Assembly: GCF_902713615.1 (NCBI RefSeq)
Contig: NC_052176.1
Span: forward strand, 10,182,243-10,246,242
Source: Scyliorhinus canicula
Lineage: Eukaryota
Direction of reading: 5' to 3'
DNA: 64,000 bases
Of the stretch, positions 11,600 to 24,287 are shown piece by piece. The position numbers and the translations under genes are program-made. The stretch's first letter is position 1, and the number at the start of each line of letters is the position of its first letter. The notes under the pieces are model-generated. The model was not told the origin of the DNA and ran no database searches. It saw only the letters and a program-made list of their open reading frames with translations.

Positions 11600-13195
11600 C
11601 GAGAAAGCTATAATTAGGGGAACTGATAGCATCCTTTGGAAATAGGACCTAAAGTGCCGCATGGTATGTTATCTGCCCCGTGCTAGGGTGAGGGACATCT
11701 CTAACCAGCTCAAAGCATATTGGATGGGAGAGAGAGGATCCAGTTGTTGTGGTCCACTTTGGGGAAAGAGAACCTGTTTGGGGATTATCAGGAACGAGGA
11801 ACAAAGTTAAAGAGCAGGTCCTCAAGATTTCTCATCTCTGGATTACAACCCTTTGCAAATTGGCAAAGGGATGAGAATATTCGGAGTAAACACGTGGCTA
11901 AAGGAGTGGTGGAGGAATAAGGGTTCCATTTCATGGGGCACTGGCATCAGTGTTCAGACACGAGGGATGTGTACCGTTGGAATAGTCTCCACCAGAATCA
12001 AAGTGGAATCAGTGTTCTGGCGGAAAGGATAAAGTAATAAAAGCACCTAGGAAGCCTGATGAATCACACCTGAAGTGACGGCCCTTGTGTTCATACCAGC
12101 CATGTTCAACATTAACGTTATTTTTTTTTTTAACAGTACAGCACAGAACAGGCCCTTCGGCCCTCGATGTTGTGCCGAGCAATGATCACCCTACTTAAAC
12201 CCACGTAACCCGTATACCCGTAACCCAACAATCCCCCCATTAACCTTACACTACGGGCAATTTAGCATGGCCAATCCACCTAACCCGCACATCTTTGGAC
12301 TGTGGGAGGAAACCGGAGCACCCGGAGGAAACCCACGCACACACGGGTGTGCAGACTCCACACAGACAGTGATCCAGCCTGGAATCGAACCTGGGACCCT
12401 GGAGCTGTGAAGCATTGATGCTAACCACCATATAAGGTGTTTATATGTCAGGTGCTTATATATAAGGTGCTTACATGTCAGGTGAGCTTTGTAATACACT
12501 TTGTAGTTTCTAAGGCCTGGCCCATAACAAAGGGAAGGTTAACACTCCAAGAGGTATAATGGTTAATGGGAACCAAAGTTGCAGATCGGAATGTTGGGGC
12601 TGAGTGTTATCAGAGATAAATAAAGCAGGTAATGACGTGTGAAAAGTGTAGTGCACAAGATAATCCTGCAAGGGAAAGACAAATCAGTAGACATATTTTG
12701 AAACCTTCTCCCTATATGCACGCAGTTTTCGTAATATTATCAATGAGCTGACAACACAAATACAGACAAATAGGTATGATGTGGTGGGGATTACTGAAAC
12801 ATGGTTGCAGGGGATCAGAACTGGACGAATAATGTCCAATGTCCAGTATTCCGATAGGATAGACAGGACAGAACAGGAGGTGGGGTTGTTTTATTGCTTC
12901 AAGGTGACATCCAGGTTGTATTAAGAAATGATATTGGCACTAAGGGCCAAAAGGTTGAATCGATCTGGGTGGTAATAAAAAAGCAAGGGCAAAAACTTGT
13001 TTTTAACGGCGCCCGAGCAATCTTCCAAAGTGAGAGGTAGTATAAACCAAAATATAATGAGTGCTTGTGAGGACACAGCCGTAATCATGGGTGATTTTAA
13101 TATGCATATTGACTGGATTAATCAAGTTGGCAAGGGTAGCCTCTAGGAAATGTTATAGAGTGTACAAGGGATTGTTTCTGAGAGCAATATGATAT
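11600..13195 (+). mobile_element. Decayed CR1 (ORF1 esterase and ORF2 endonuclease fragments)
   Basis: ISGLQP.AN, GFHFMGHWHQ and YDVVGITETWLQG remnants. Confidence 0.75.
12131..12431 (-). mobile_element. HE1-like SINE
   Basis: Core and head motifs match those at 686-1058. Confidence 0.9.
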
Positions 13196-13199
13196 GGGA

Positions 13200-13948
13200 C
13201 TGTAGGATGGGATTCCGATCACCATCCACACTAGAAATTCACTGATGCAGTCACATTGGGGAGAGGCCATACACCTGCTCCGAGTGTGGGAAGGGATTCA
13301 CTCACACATCCAACCTGCTGAAACACCAGTGAAGTCACACGCTGGAATGACCTTACACCTGTTCCGTGTGTCAGAAAGGATTGTAAGAAGTCTTACACAC
13401 CACGACCTCCAATCTGTCCGCACACTAGTGAGTTCACACTGGGGAGAGGCCATTCATCTGCTCTGTGTGTCAGAGGGGGTTTCAAAACCACATCCAACCT
13501 ATTCACACACCAGCGAGTTCACACTGGGGAGACACCATTCACCTGCTCTGTGTGTGTGAAGGGATTCACTCAGTCATGTCAGCTAACTGAACAGCAACTT
13601 GTTCATACTGACTAGAGACCATTTCAATGTCTTGAGTGTGAGAAAAGCTTTAAAAGCATAAAGCAGCTGCTGGAACACCAACAGCCTCACACTGGGGAGA
13701 GGCCATTCCCCTGCTCTGTGTGTGGGAAAGTATTTCCTTGGTTATTCCATCTGCAGCAACACCAACTAGTTCACAGTGATCAGAGACCTTTCCAATGTCC
13801 TGACTGTGAGAAGAGGTTTAAAAGGAGCAATGATCTGCGGCAACACCAACACACTCACTCTGGAGAGAGGCAATTCCCCTGCTCCGTGTGTGGGAAGGGA
13901 TTCACTCGGCCATCCAATCGGCTGCATAATCAGCGAGTTCACATGTGA
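13200..13948 (+). pseudogene. Krueppel-type C2H2 zinc-finger array pseudogene (~9 fingers)
   Basis: HTGERP-type linkers and CxxC...HxxxH repeats (CGKVFPWLFHLQQHQLVHSDQRPFQCPDCEKRF...). In-frame stops and frameshifts in the 5' part. Confidence 0.9.
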
Positions 13949-14559
13949 GTGCCGGGTTTGGATTCTGCTATTAATCAGACTGAATCCTTATCACGCTGAC
14001 TGTCAGAGTTTAATTGTTGTGTTCTGAATCTCTCCTAAAATTGTCCTGTAAATTTTGAGGTCTATTAAATCAATTATTCTTGTTTGAAATGCACACTATT
14101 TTGAGTTCTTAAATTCTCAAAGATAAGTGGAGATGAATTGATGTCCGGTTACTGACTGTTCTATTGTTCAATTTTTGCTCATTTCCAACTCTGAAATTAT
14201 TTCAGTTCTCCTCACATTAATTACTGTCAGGGACAAGTGTCACCTCCTCATACCTTCCAGAGTGTCTGACAGCCTTGGGATTCAGGGAAGGGGGTCAGTA
14301 ACATTCCCCGGGTTTCTAAACACAATACCCAGTCTATGAATCATTTTCAGCTCCTGGACTTACTGTGTGTACCAAAGCATCTCTCTCACCTTTAATTTAT
14401 TTTCTGAACACATCAACACACTTACAATGATAACAGCAAATTACTGCGGGTGCTGGAATCTGAAACAAAACCAGAAAATGCTGGACGATCACAGCAGGTC
14501 TGACAGCATCTGTGGAGAGAGAAGGGAGCTAACGTTTCTAGTCTGAATGAATCAGCTTT

Positions 14560-15730
14560 GGCAGAGAAAGTAGAATGGGAAAGGTGGCCATTCCAAGGTT
14601 TGCAAGGGAAATTGGAGACAGTATATGATCCAAGGAAGGAGCCCACAAAGTGACCGGGAAAACCAACAGGTCTGAGGATTGGGAGAAGTTTAGAATTCAG
14701 CAAAGAAGGCCCAAGGGATTGATTAAGAAAGGGAAAATATAGTACGAGAGTAATGTTGCAGGGAATATAACAGACTGTAATACTATCTATAGGTCCATAG
14801 AACATACAGTGCAGAAGGAAGCCATTGAGTCTGCAGCGACCCACTGAAGCCCTCACTTCCATCCTATCCCCGTAACCCAATAACCCCAACTAACCTTTTT
14901 GGTCACAAAGGGCTATTTGTCATGGCCAATCCACTTAACCTGCACGTCTTTGGACTGTGGGAGGAAACCAGAGCACCTGGAGGAAACCCACGCAGGCACA
15001 GGGAGAATGTGAAGACTCAGTGGGGAATTGAACCTGGGACACTGGCGCTGTGAAGCCACAGTGCTAGCCACTTGTGCTACCGTGCTGCCCAGAAGATAAA
15101 AATATTGGTGAAGACAAAAGTAGATCCTTTACATTCAGAAACAGGAGAATGTATAATAGACGATAAAGAAATCGCTGAACAGCGAAATACATACTTTGGT
15201 TCTGTCTTCACAAATGAAAACACAAATAAGAGTCGGACTTAATGCCTATTTTTCAAATTGGCAGGCAGTGAGTGGTGGGGCACCGCAGGGATCGCTCCAG
15301 CTGATCACAATATATGATTTTGAGGAAGGAAAAAATGTAACATCTCCATATTTTCAGATGGCACCATGTTTGGTGGGAGGCTGAGCTGTGAGGAGGATGC
15401 AGAGATCCTTCAGAGTGATTTGGACAAGTTGAGTGAGTGGGGAAATGAATGGCAGATGCAGTATAATATGGATACATACGAAGTCACCTACTGTGGCAGC
15501 AAAAACGCGGCAGCAGACGATTATCTGTATGGCTATAAATTAGGAGAGGGGAATGTGGAACAAGAGCTGGGTGTCCTCGTACACCAGTCACTGAAGGTAA
15601 GCATGCAGGTACAGCAAGCGGATGGTATGTTGGACTTCATTGCGAGAGGTTATGAGTACAGGAGCAGGGATGTTTTGTTGTCATTATCCAGGGCCTTGGT
15701 GAGGCCACACCTGGAATATTATGTGAGTTT
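14560..15730 (+). mobile_element. Decayed CR1 ORF2
   Basis: LQSDLDKLSEWGNEWQMQYN, LGVLVHQSLKVSMQVQQA, RALVRPHLEY. Confidence 0.85.
14796..15090 (-). mobile_element. HE1-like SINE inserted in CR1
   Basis: Head GGGCAGCACGGTAGCAC at 15090; tail TTCTATG at 14796. Confidence 0.9.
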
Positions 15731-15904
15731 TAGGATTGTCATTCTGTGGCACTGACTGTGATGGTTAGTTTAATTCTGTATCTGTCAGTGTTGGACATTA
15801 GTTCTGCAGTCACCAGTGTCTGAGTCACTGTATGAAAATTCCTTCTATCATTTTACCACCATTGGAAATGGAAGTCTGGTCAGAAATTGTCTGTCACTGT
15901 CACA

Positions 15905-16036
15905 AACTCCATTATCAGCGAGTGGACTGCAGCGGTTCAAGAAGGCAGCTCAGCACCACCTCCTCAAGGGCAATTAGGGATGGACAATAAATGCTGATCC
16001 TGCCAGCGACGCCCGCATTCCATGAAGGAATTAAAA
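15905..16036 (+). mobile_element. LINE 3' end fragment (CR1-group)
   Basis: GGACTGCAGCGGTTCAAGAAGGCAGCTCA...GGGCAATTAGGGATGG.CAATAAATGCTG, recognised as a common shark LINE tail. Confidence 0.6.
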
Positions 16037-16236
16037 GACAATCTGCGGGCTCCGGGCCTCAGTGTGTTTAACAGTTACTGAGGTGAAAACTGGAACTAAC
16101 CCCCTGGAATCCGGAGCAAAGCCGGAAAGGAGGAGACATTCCATCCTGGGAGATTCCATTTGGTGTGTGAATGTGTAGATGTGAATATTGTGTGAGAGAG
16201 AGTGTATGAAGGGGCGGGTGGGTCTGACTAATGGAA

Positions 16237-16662
16237 CTGTGTTTGTGTGTCTGTTCTGATCAGGAGATCTCACAGTCTCTCTTATGGAAAATAAAATGAT
16301 TTTTCAATCAAAGGATCCCCTTAATGTTCTGCTCAGCCCCAAAGTTTGATTTCAGGACAATGGTTTTGTTAAATTGAAGATTTGAGTGGAAAAGTAGAGA
16401 ACATGTCAGCTATCGCGTGTGAGAGCGAGATCAGTGCAGCAGTAAAACGGGGTTAAATGGAAAATGGAGACCTCAATTCGAGTGAAAGCTTTTCAACAGC
16501 AAACATTGGAGTGTGGGAGACATGAAGGATGCAGCCTGGATCTGTGGTGAATGGGAATTTGAGTGGAATTGGAGAGTTTGCGAGGAGAGAGAAACACAGA
16601 GAGGCTGGAGGAGCCGGCAGCTGACAGCAGCTCTCTGCTCCGTCCGCTCTCTGCCTTTAAGT
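16237..16662 (+). promoter_or_regulatory. Histone H1 promoter: TG-box, H1/AC-box, HINFP-like site, TATA-like
   Basis: TGTGTTT 16238-16244, AAACACA 16592-16598, CGTCCGC 16641-16647, TTTAAG 16656-16661. Confidence 0.7.
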
Positions 16663-16737
16663 TGCTCTGTGCCGCCACCACTGGTTTCATTCCAGATCCA
16701 GTTCTGACTGTCACACATTTTCTACACAGTCTCGGAT

Positions 16738-17403
16738 ATGACTGAAACTGCAGCCTCCCAAACGGCTCCTCCAGCCGCTCCCGCTCCAGTCAAATCTCCC
16801 AGGAAGAAGAAGGCGGCTCCCCGATCTAAGGCAGCCGCTCCCAAGTTAGGCGAGCAGATCCTCAAGCTTGTGGCGGGTTGCAGCGATCGCAACGGGATGT
16901 CCCTGTTCGCCATAAAGAAAGCTTTGTCTGGCAGCGGAGTGGATGTGGCCAAGCGCGGCTCCCAGATCAGGTTAACTATCAAGAGGAAGGTGGAGAAAGG
17001 CTCCCTGGTGCAGACAAAGGGACAGGGCGCCTCCGGATCCTTCAAAATCCCCAAGAAGGAAAGCCAGGGGAAAATGGGAAAGGTGAAGAAACCAACAGCC
17101 AAGAAATCTTTAGTGAAGAAAACAGCGGCCAAGAAGGTGAGAACAAAGAAAATAGCAGCTCATAAATCTCCAGCCAAGAAATCCGTAGCCAAGAAAACTC
17201 CAGTGAAGAAATCTACAGTCAGGAAAACAAGCAGCAAGAAGGCGGCAGCTGCAAACAAGGCGGTGAAGAAAGCAGCGCTGAAGAAAAAGTCTCCTGGGAA
17301 GAAGGTCAGGGGCGGAAAGCCTTTAACAAAAGTGAATCAATGGAAGGCCAAGCCCAAAGTGAAAGCAGCAAAGGCTAAGAAAGCAGCGCCAGGAAAGAAG
17401 TGA
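16738..17403 (+). CDS. H1: Histone H1 (221 aa), replication-dependent
   Basis: MTETAA N-terminus, globular domain ending [19 protein letters not shown]-rich tail with SPKK-like sites, intronless, stem-loop downstream. Confidence 0.97.
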   Translation: MTETAASQTAPPAAPAPVKSPRKKKAAPRSKAAAPKLGEQILKLVAGCSDRNGMSLFAIKKALSGSGVDVAKRGSQIRLTIKRKVEKGSLVQTKGQGASGSFKIPKKESQGKMGKVKKPTAKKSLVKKTAAKKVRTKKIAAHKSPAKKSVAKKTPVKKSTVRKTSSKKAAAANKAVKKAALKKKSPGKKVRGGKPLTKVNQWKAKPKVKAAKAKKAAPGKK

Positions 17404-17439
17404 AAGAACGCGAGCAAATTGTAAACCTCTGAACCCAAA

Positions 17440-17480
17440 GGCTCTTCTCAGAGCCGCCCACATCTCTCAGGAAAGAGCTG
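17440..17480 (+). terminator. Histone 3' stem-loop + HDE (H1)
   Basis: GGCTCT-TCTC-AGAGCC 17440-17455; AAAGAGCTG 17472-17480. Confidence 0.95.
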
Positions 17481-18213
17481 ATCCCCCATCAATTGATCCC
17501 TGTGCCGTCGCTGGGAGCAGATTTCAGATAGAAACGATTGATATGAAATGGAAGGTTGCCGGTTTCTCACTGACATGCGCTGTACCCAGCATCTCCCTCA
17601 CTCTGTAATAAAACACAGGGATATCCGGGCCCCATTGCAACTGGGGATATGTCCGGCTGCTCTCAGTTTCTGCTCGTTTCCTTTTCACAGATTCAGGGGG
17701 AAGAGTGTGTGAGACAGGAACCCGGGCGGAGAAAGCCCGCCTCACAACTCAAAGCCCAACACATGAGTTTGTGTCGTTCAGCTGGAGTGAGGTGTTAGGA
17801 AATTGTCCAACCGTCTGGGAGGGGAGGTGTGTGGGGATGGAGCAGAAACTGGGATTGAAGTGGGAGCAGACGGGCTGACTGGCTCTGGATGGACGGGATT
17901 TCGGCGGGAATATGACTAAATGTTAATTGTACCAGCTCAGCATTGAAAAGCTGCGGGTTTCTCACCCAGTTGAATATGAGGCTCCAATCTGTAAACTTGG
18001 TGCCGAGTGTTGTATTCACTTCCGTTGTGGAGAATTCAACAATGTGGGTTGGAGCAGGCAGGAGGAGGAGCTGGATGGTCAAAGACATTTCACTGCTCTG
18101 CCTGTCACTCAGTTTGCTCCCCGCCTCTCTCCCTTTCTCAGTCAGGTCGGGGCGGGCTGTATAATAAAGGAAAGTGCAGCAGCTCGTCTCTCATTCAGCA
18201 GCGATTTGACTGA

Positions 18214-18534
<321 letters not shown>

Positions 18535-18565
18535 ACATACATTTAACAATTTGACAAAACCCAAA

Positions 18566-18581
18566 GGCTCTTTTAAGAGCC
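18566..18581 (+). terminator. Histone 3' stem-loop (H4)
   Basis: CCAAA-GGCTCT-TTTA-AGAGCC-GCCCA; purine-rich GAGAGC at ~18599. Confidence 0.95.
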
Positions 18582-18780
18582 GCCCAATCCCTCACATTGA
18601 GAGCACTGACCTTAGAATGGTACCAGAATAACGCATCGAGCTGGTTTAGCGAGTCATAACTTGGATTCCTCGATTTCCTGTTGAGACGGGTTGCGTTAGA
18701 GCAAGAAATCCTTTCCTATCATTTACAATCCTATCAAGTCAAACCTGTCACCACGCATAATGAACACTGACATTGATCAG

Positions 18781-18914
18781 AGAAGTCTTACAACACCAGG
18801 TTCAAGTCCAACAGGTTTGTTTCAAACACGAGCTTTCGGAGCACTGCTCCTTGCTCAGGTGAATCAAAATTCTTACTGTGCTCACCCCAGTCCAACGCCG
18901 GCATCTCCATATCA
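18781..18914 (-). mobile_element. Penelope terminal-repeat fragment with variant hammerhead motif
   Basis: Reverse complement of the 57515-57600 terminus; hammerhead-like motif at 18827-18863 with the core changed to CTGAGCA. Confidence 0.8.
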
Positions 18915-19427
18915 TTGTTCAGAGACACTGTTTGCATAACTGATCTGTAAACACCTCCTCCGTCCATCTCCCCAAGAGCAGTCGCTAAACGAGTCAGTCA
19001 ACGTTCCCTTTAATAGCTTACGCTTTGCCATGAAATAACCGATATCACTGATCGGATTAAAATGATACAGAATTCCGCCCCGCAAAAGGAGCTTTATCCC
19101 AGTCTGTTGTACAACAATTAGGGAGTAATTCTGAATTTAATCCGAGCGCTCAGGCAGTGGGTCGAATCTGGGACAAAAATGGGAGCAGGAATCGTCGAGA
19201 AGCTTTTGATATTCACAACTTGAGGTTCAATTATTTCGGTTTTCCCAAATACCCGTTCCTTGTCCCTGTGAAATTGGCGGGCTTTTGAAATTGATGGTTT
19301 GTCAGTTGCAGGTCCACCAATCAGGGCCCTGATATCCTTGCCGCCCATCGCTCTTTTCAAACTTGTCCACGGGATCGGGCTGCATCCAATGAGGAGAAGA
19401 GGGCGGTCACTATAATGCCTTAAATAG

Positions 19428-19895
<468 letters not shown>

Positions 19896-19924
19896 AACCC
19901 GGCTTCACCAATGATAACAACAAA

Positions 19925-19940
19925 GGCTCTTTTAAGAGCC
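19925..19940 (+). terminator. Histone 3' stem-loop (H3)
   Basis: CAAA-GGCTCT-TTTA-AGAGCC-ACCAA. Confidence 0.95.
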
Positions 19941-20087
19941 ACCAAGTCTGCCAGGAAGGGAGCTTCTCCACCCAATTCCTCTCAGTTGACGTGTGATTTC
20001 AAATATAAGCATCGGCTTTCGGAAGATTTAGTGAAATTCTCACATGCAGCAGAATTAATCGGATGGACCACGAGTCACCCTTTTATG

Positions 20088-20248
20088 AAATTAAAATGGC
20101 TTATTGTCACGAGTAGGCTTCAAATGAAGTTACTGTGAAAAGCCCCTAGTCGCCACATTGCGGCGCATGTTCGGGGAGGCTGGAACGGGAATTGAACCGT
20201 GCTCCTGGCCTGCCTTGGACTGCTTTAGCCTTGTGCTAAACCAGCCCG
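20088..20248 (-). mobile_element. Short tRNA-derived SINE (second family)
   Basis: CTTATTGTCACGAGTAGGCTTCAA.TGAAGTTACTGTGAAAAGCCCCTAGTCGCCACATT; the same sequence occurs at 29277, 31996, 34289, 37411 and inverted at ~48450-48540. Confidence 0.75.
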
Positions 20249-20770
20249 CAGAGAATGGGTGGCTCTGAAAAAGCCTCCCGGTCCTGGTTAAGAGTCGCTA
20301 AATCGACAAATAAATGCTGGGACCTCCTGTTACTGGTTCCAATGCTGAAGCCTCTCAAAATTACAATTTACGCTCCATTGCAATGGAGTTTCTCTCGTCT
20401 CCTTATCTCTGAAGGAGAATTGATGTTAATATGAGGCTCCGAGTAAGAAACGAGTCACAAATATTAACTTATTGCAGAAACATCTGCACATTAAATAGTC
20501 GAGCAGACACTTCCGGAGAGATTACAGATCGCAGACTTCCTTATATGAGCAATATTATTGAAACTAAGATCATTTCTGTTCACTGATACTTTTATCCCCA
20601 ATAAACACCGTCAATTCACATGTATCATATATTCGGAATATATAAATAATGTCGCGCACAGAATGCTCCAAGGATTGACGTCGTAAAGCGTAAAACATTT
20701 GCACATTAAGCAACAGAGCAGAATCTCTGACGGTCAGACAATAGTTCGGCCTTTTTCAGATAAAGTGAGT

Positions 20771-20786
20771 GGCTCTGAAAAGAGCC
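20771..20786 (-). terminator. Histone 3' stem-loop (H2A)
   Basis: Minus strand CCCAAA-GGCTCT-TTTC-AGAGCC-ACTCA. Confidence 0.95.
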
Positions 20787-20816
20787 TTTGGGTTATTAGA
20801 TTAAAGAATGGTCGCT

Positions 20817-21254
<438 letters not shown>

Positions 21255-22857
21255 TTACTGTTCTTATAAACTGATAACTCCTCTGATTGGTCGCTGCTCA
21301 ATTCACCTCATTTGCCTATATTCCCCACCAATCAGCTCCCTGGAAACAGAAGGGGGCGGAATTTACCCACAACTACCAACAGAAACTGAGAATTTGTCCA
21401 TTTCAAAAAGCCGCCAATTTCATTGTGGGAAAGGAGCGAATTCAAATAAATGTCGTCCTTGGTCAGAGATTTCAAATCCCTTCTATTTATTTGGTTTGAT
21501 TCAGCGCTTCCCGTCACCAATCACAGGCGCGGGTTTAACATTTAGTTTGAATGTGGTTCATTCTCCTCCCGCTTTCTAACTGTCCCGGGCGGGAATCAAT
21601 CCCTGTTCACAGCATTCCCGGAAGGAAAACGCTCCGTTCAGACTTCAGTCAGGACCGAGTGTCCTTCACTGAAAACAGGGAGTGGGATCGAGTCCTCAGA
21701 CTGTCCTTATTCCGCTCTGGGATAATCCCATTCCCGACTGTTACCCTGCGGAGAATTACTGGGAATAAAATGATGGATTAATGAACATTTCAGGAATTGA
21801 GAGAAGGCTCCGTTCCCGCTAAAAACAGCAGCTGATGAGGTGATTTGGGGGCTGTGAAAATAACAGAATAATAACAGCTTTCAGCACAAAGCCAAGGCGG
21901 CGGAGTGAGTTCTGCCTGAACCAATCGGAGAGCTGGAGAGAAGGAGTTACAGGGTTTGATTGGCTGATATTTTCAAATTCCAAACTCGCGCCAATTTCAT
22001 TGCAGGAAAACTCCCAAATAACGGAACGGCTCAATGTTCAGGAAACTATTTGAATGTCACACTTTGTGATCTGTTTACTGGATTTTCCCTCCCAGAATCC
22101 TGGCTCTATTTTAGGAACAGTTTGAATTTGTCAGCCTCTTATCTGTAACCGGCGGTAATAAGACCCCGTTCAGCAATTTAAAACGGAGCAAATCTCAGCT
22201 CACTGCAAAAGCAGAAACATAGAGATTACCAACCAACTCCTTCACACAGGCTGCACAGGGACAGAGAGAAAGGGCTGATTTCTGAGCCTCTCTCCTGAAA
22301 GCGGCCGGGAATGTTACACTGGGAAGTGTGGAGAGAATCCCCGACTCTATCCCGCCGGTGGAACAGGCAGCTTTGTGTCCGGAGAATAGGGAGGGCCGGG
22401 GAGAGGCAGATCTTAAAGCGCTGCAATGGACACAGGTCCTGTGTGTGCTCAAATCTCGCTGATTCCGTCCCCTGGGAAAACTGCGGAAATAACATCTTCA
22501 TTCCCGCCTTTACTCTGTTCCGGTAGCGGGAAACACATCACCGAGAAAATAATAATAATTTCCTTATGAATTTAAATCGGCAGTTGTTAAACTATGAATA
22601 TATTTATCAATAAACTTAAATAATTCCCTCCTGAAATTGTTTCTCCTCATTGTCCGTCACAAATACCAGACTGGGTTTAAAATCCGCTCTCAATTCAGTT
22701 TGAGTGTCTATTCTGTGTGAAACTGTCTGTGACGGGCGGGTATGAAGCCACATTCACAACATTCTGGAACGGGACAAATCTCTATCCTCCACAAAGAGAT
22801 TTCTCATGAAGTCAATGCGGGAAAAGATGGTGCAGCTTTTTCACAGAGATTGTGGGT

Positions 22858-22873
22858 GGCTCTTAAAAGAGCC
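22858..22873 (-). terminator. Histone 3' stem-loop (H2B)
   Basis: Minus strand GGCTCT-TTTA-AGAGCC-ACCCA; HDE-like AAAAGCTG at 22833-22840. Confidence 0.95.
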
Positions 22874-22910
22874 GTTGTGTTTGGGGTGGTTTTCAGTCCA
22901 TTGTGCAGTT

Positions 22911-23297
22911 TTACTTGGAGCTGGTGTACTTGGTGACCGCCTTTGTCCCTTCCGACACGGCGTGCTTGGCCAGTTCCCCGGGCAGCAGCAGGCGCACGGC
23001 GGTCTGGATCTCCCGGGAGCTGATGGTGTGGCGCTTGTTGTAATGGGCCAGGCGGGAAGCCTCACCCGCGATACGCTCGAAAATATCGTTGACGAACGAG
23101 TTCATGATGCTCATGGCCTTGGAGGAGATGCCGGTGTCGGGGTGAACCTGCTTCATCACTTTGTAGATGTAGATGGAGTAACTCTCCTTCCTCGACTTTC
23201 GCCGCTTCTTGCCGCCCTTTACTGCCGGTTTCTTAATGACTTTCTTGGCTCCCTTCTTGGAATCTGGTTTCGATGTTTGTTTCTTCTCGTCAGCCAT
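22911..23297 (-). CDS. H2B: Histone H2B (128 aa)
   Basis: ATG at 23297: [19 protein letters not shown]...[20 protein letters not shown]...YTSSK. Confidence 0.99.
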   Translation of the reverse strand: MADEKKQTSKPDSKKGAKKVIKKPAVKGGKKRRKSRKESYSIYIYKVMKQVHPDTGISSKAMSIMNSFVNDIFERIAGEASRLAHYNKRHTISSREIQTAVRLLLPGELAKHAVSEGTKAVTKYTSSK

Positions 23298-23341
23298 CTT
23301 CAGTTTCACCCAGAAATAAAGCAAACCCCTTCCGAGCGCTG

Positions 23342-23495
23342 CTTAAATAGACAGAGCCTCACATCTATGCTAATGAGGAATGGGGAAAGGAATGATTGTG
23401 ATTGGACATTGTGAAAATGAGGGCAGCAAGTTATGTTCTGTTTATTTGATTGGATATCTGAACAGACCAATCAGATTTAGGATTTTCCACCAATC
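23342..23495 (-). promoter_or_regulatory. H2B promoter: TATA-like, octamer variant, multiple CCAAT
   Basis: Minus-strand CTATTTAAG (23342-23350), CTCATTAGCAT octamer-like (23367-23377), four CCAAT/ATTGG boxes 23400-23495. Confidence 0.75.
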
Positions 23496-23656
23496 AGAAA
23501 CCTCTTTTCGATAAACAAGAAATACATTTCAGAAAGAATGTCTCCAGTCCCATTTTGTCAGTGGGTAAAGATTCACAGGGAAATGTCACCTGGCTGTCGG
23601 TTAGAGAGAGACCCTTCACCACAGAGCGACTGTGCGGGATTCCTTCAGGAACTGGG

Positions 23657-24170
23657 AGTGTGATTTACTCACTCTCTGATACAGTGTGTGAGTGTGGGAT
23701 TTACTCACTCTCTGATACAGTGTGTGAGTGTGGGATTTACTCACTCTCTGATACAGTGTGTGAGTGTGGGATTTACTCACTCTCTGATACAGTGTGAGAG
23801 TGTGAGATTTACTCACTGTCTGATACAGTGTGTGAGTGTGGGATTTACTCACTCTCTGATACAGTGTGAGAGTGGGATTTACTTCCACTCTGATAGTGTG
23901 TGTGTGGGATTTACTCACTCTCTGATACAGTGAGAGTGGGATTTACTTCCACTCTGATAGTGTGTGTGTGGGATTTACTCATTCTCTGACACAGTGTGAG
24001 AGTGTGGGATTTATTCACTCTCTCATACAGTGCGTACGTGTGAGATTTACTCACAATTTGATACAGTGTGAATGTGGGATTTACTCTCACTCCGCTAGTG
24101 TGAGAATGTGGTATTTACTCACTCTGATACAGTGAGAGTGTGGGATTTAATCACTCATAGGTACAGTGTG
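23657..24170 (+). repeat. 36-bp minisatellite, GTGTGGGATTTACTCACTCTCTGATACAGTGTGTGA (~14 copies, decaying 3')
   Basis: Unit read directly; the ORF track shows a 12-aa periodicity. Confidence 0.9.
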
Positions 24171-24287
24171 TGTGTTTGTGTGAGTAATACTAAGATGAGG
24201 CCGAACCAACGTTCAATACAGTTCCAGCATAACCTGTGTGTTCTTAAACTCTGTGCCTCAGCTAATAGAGACAATGGTTCCATAGGC

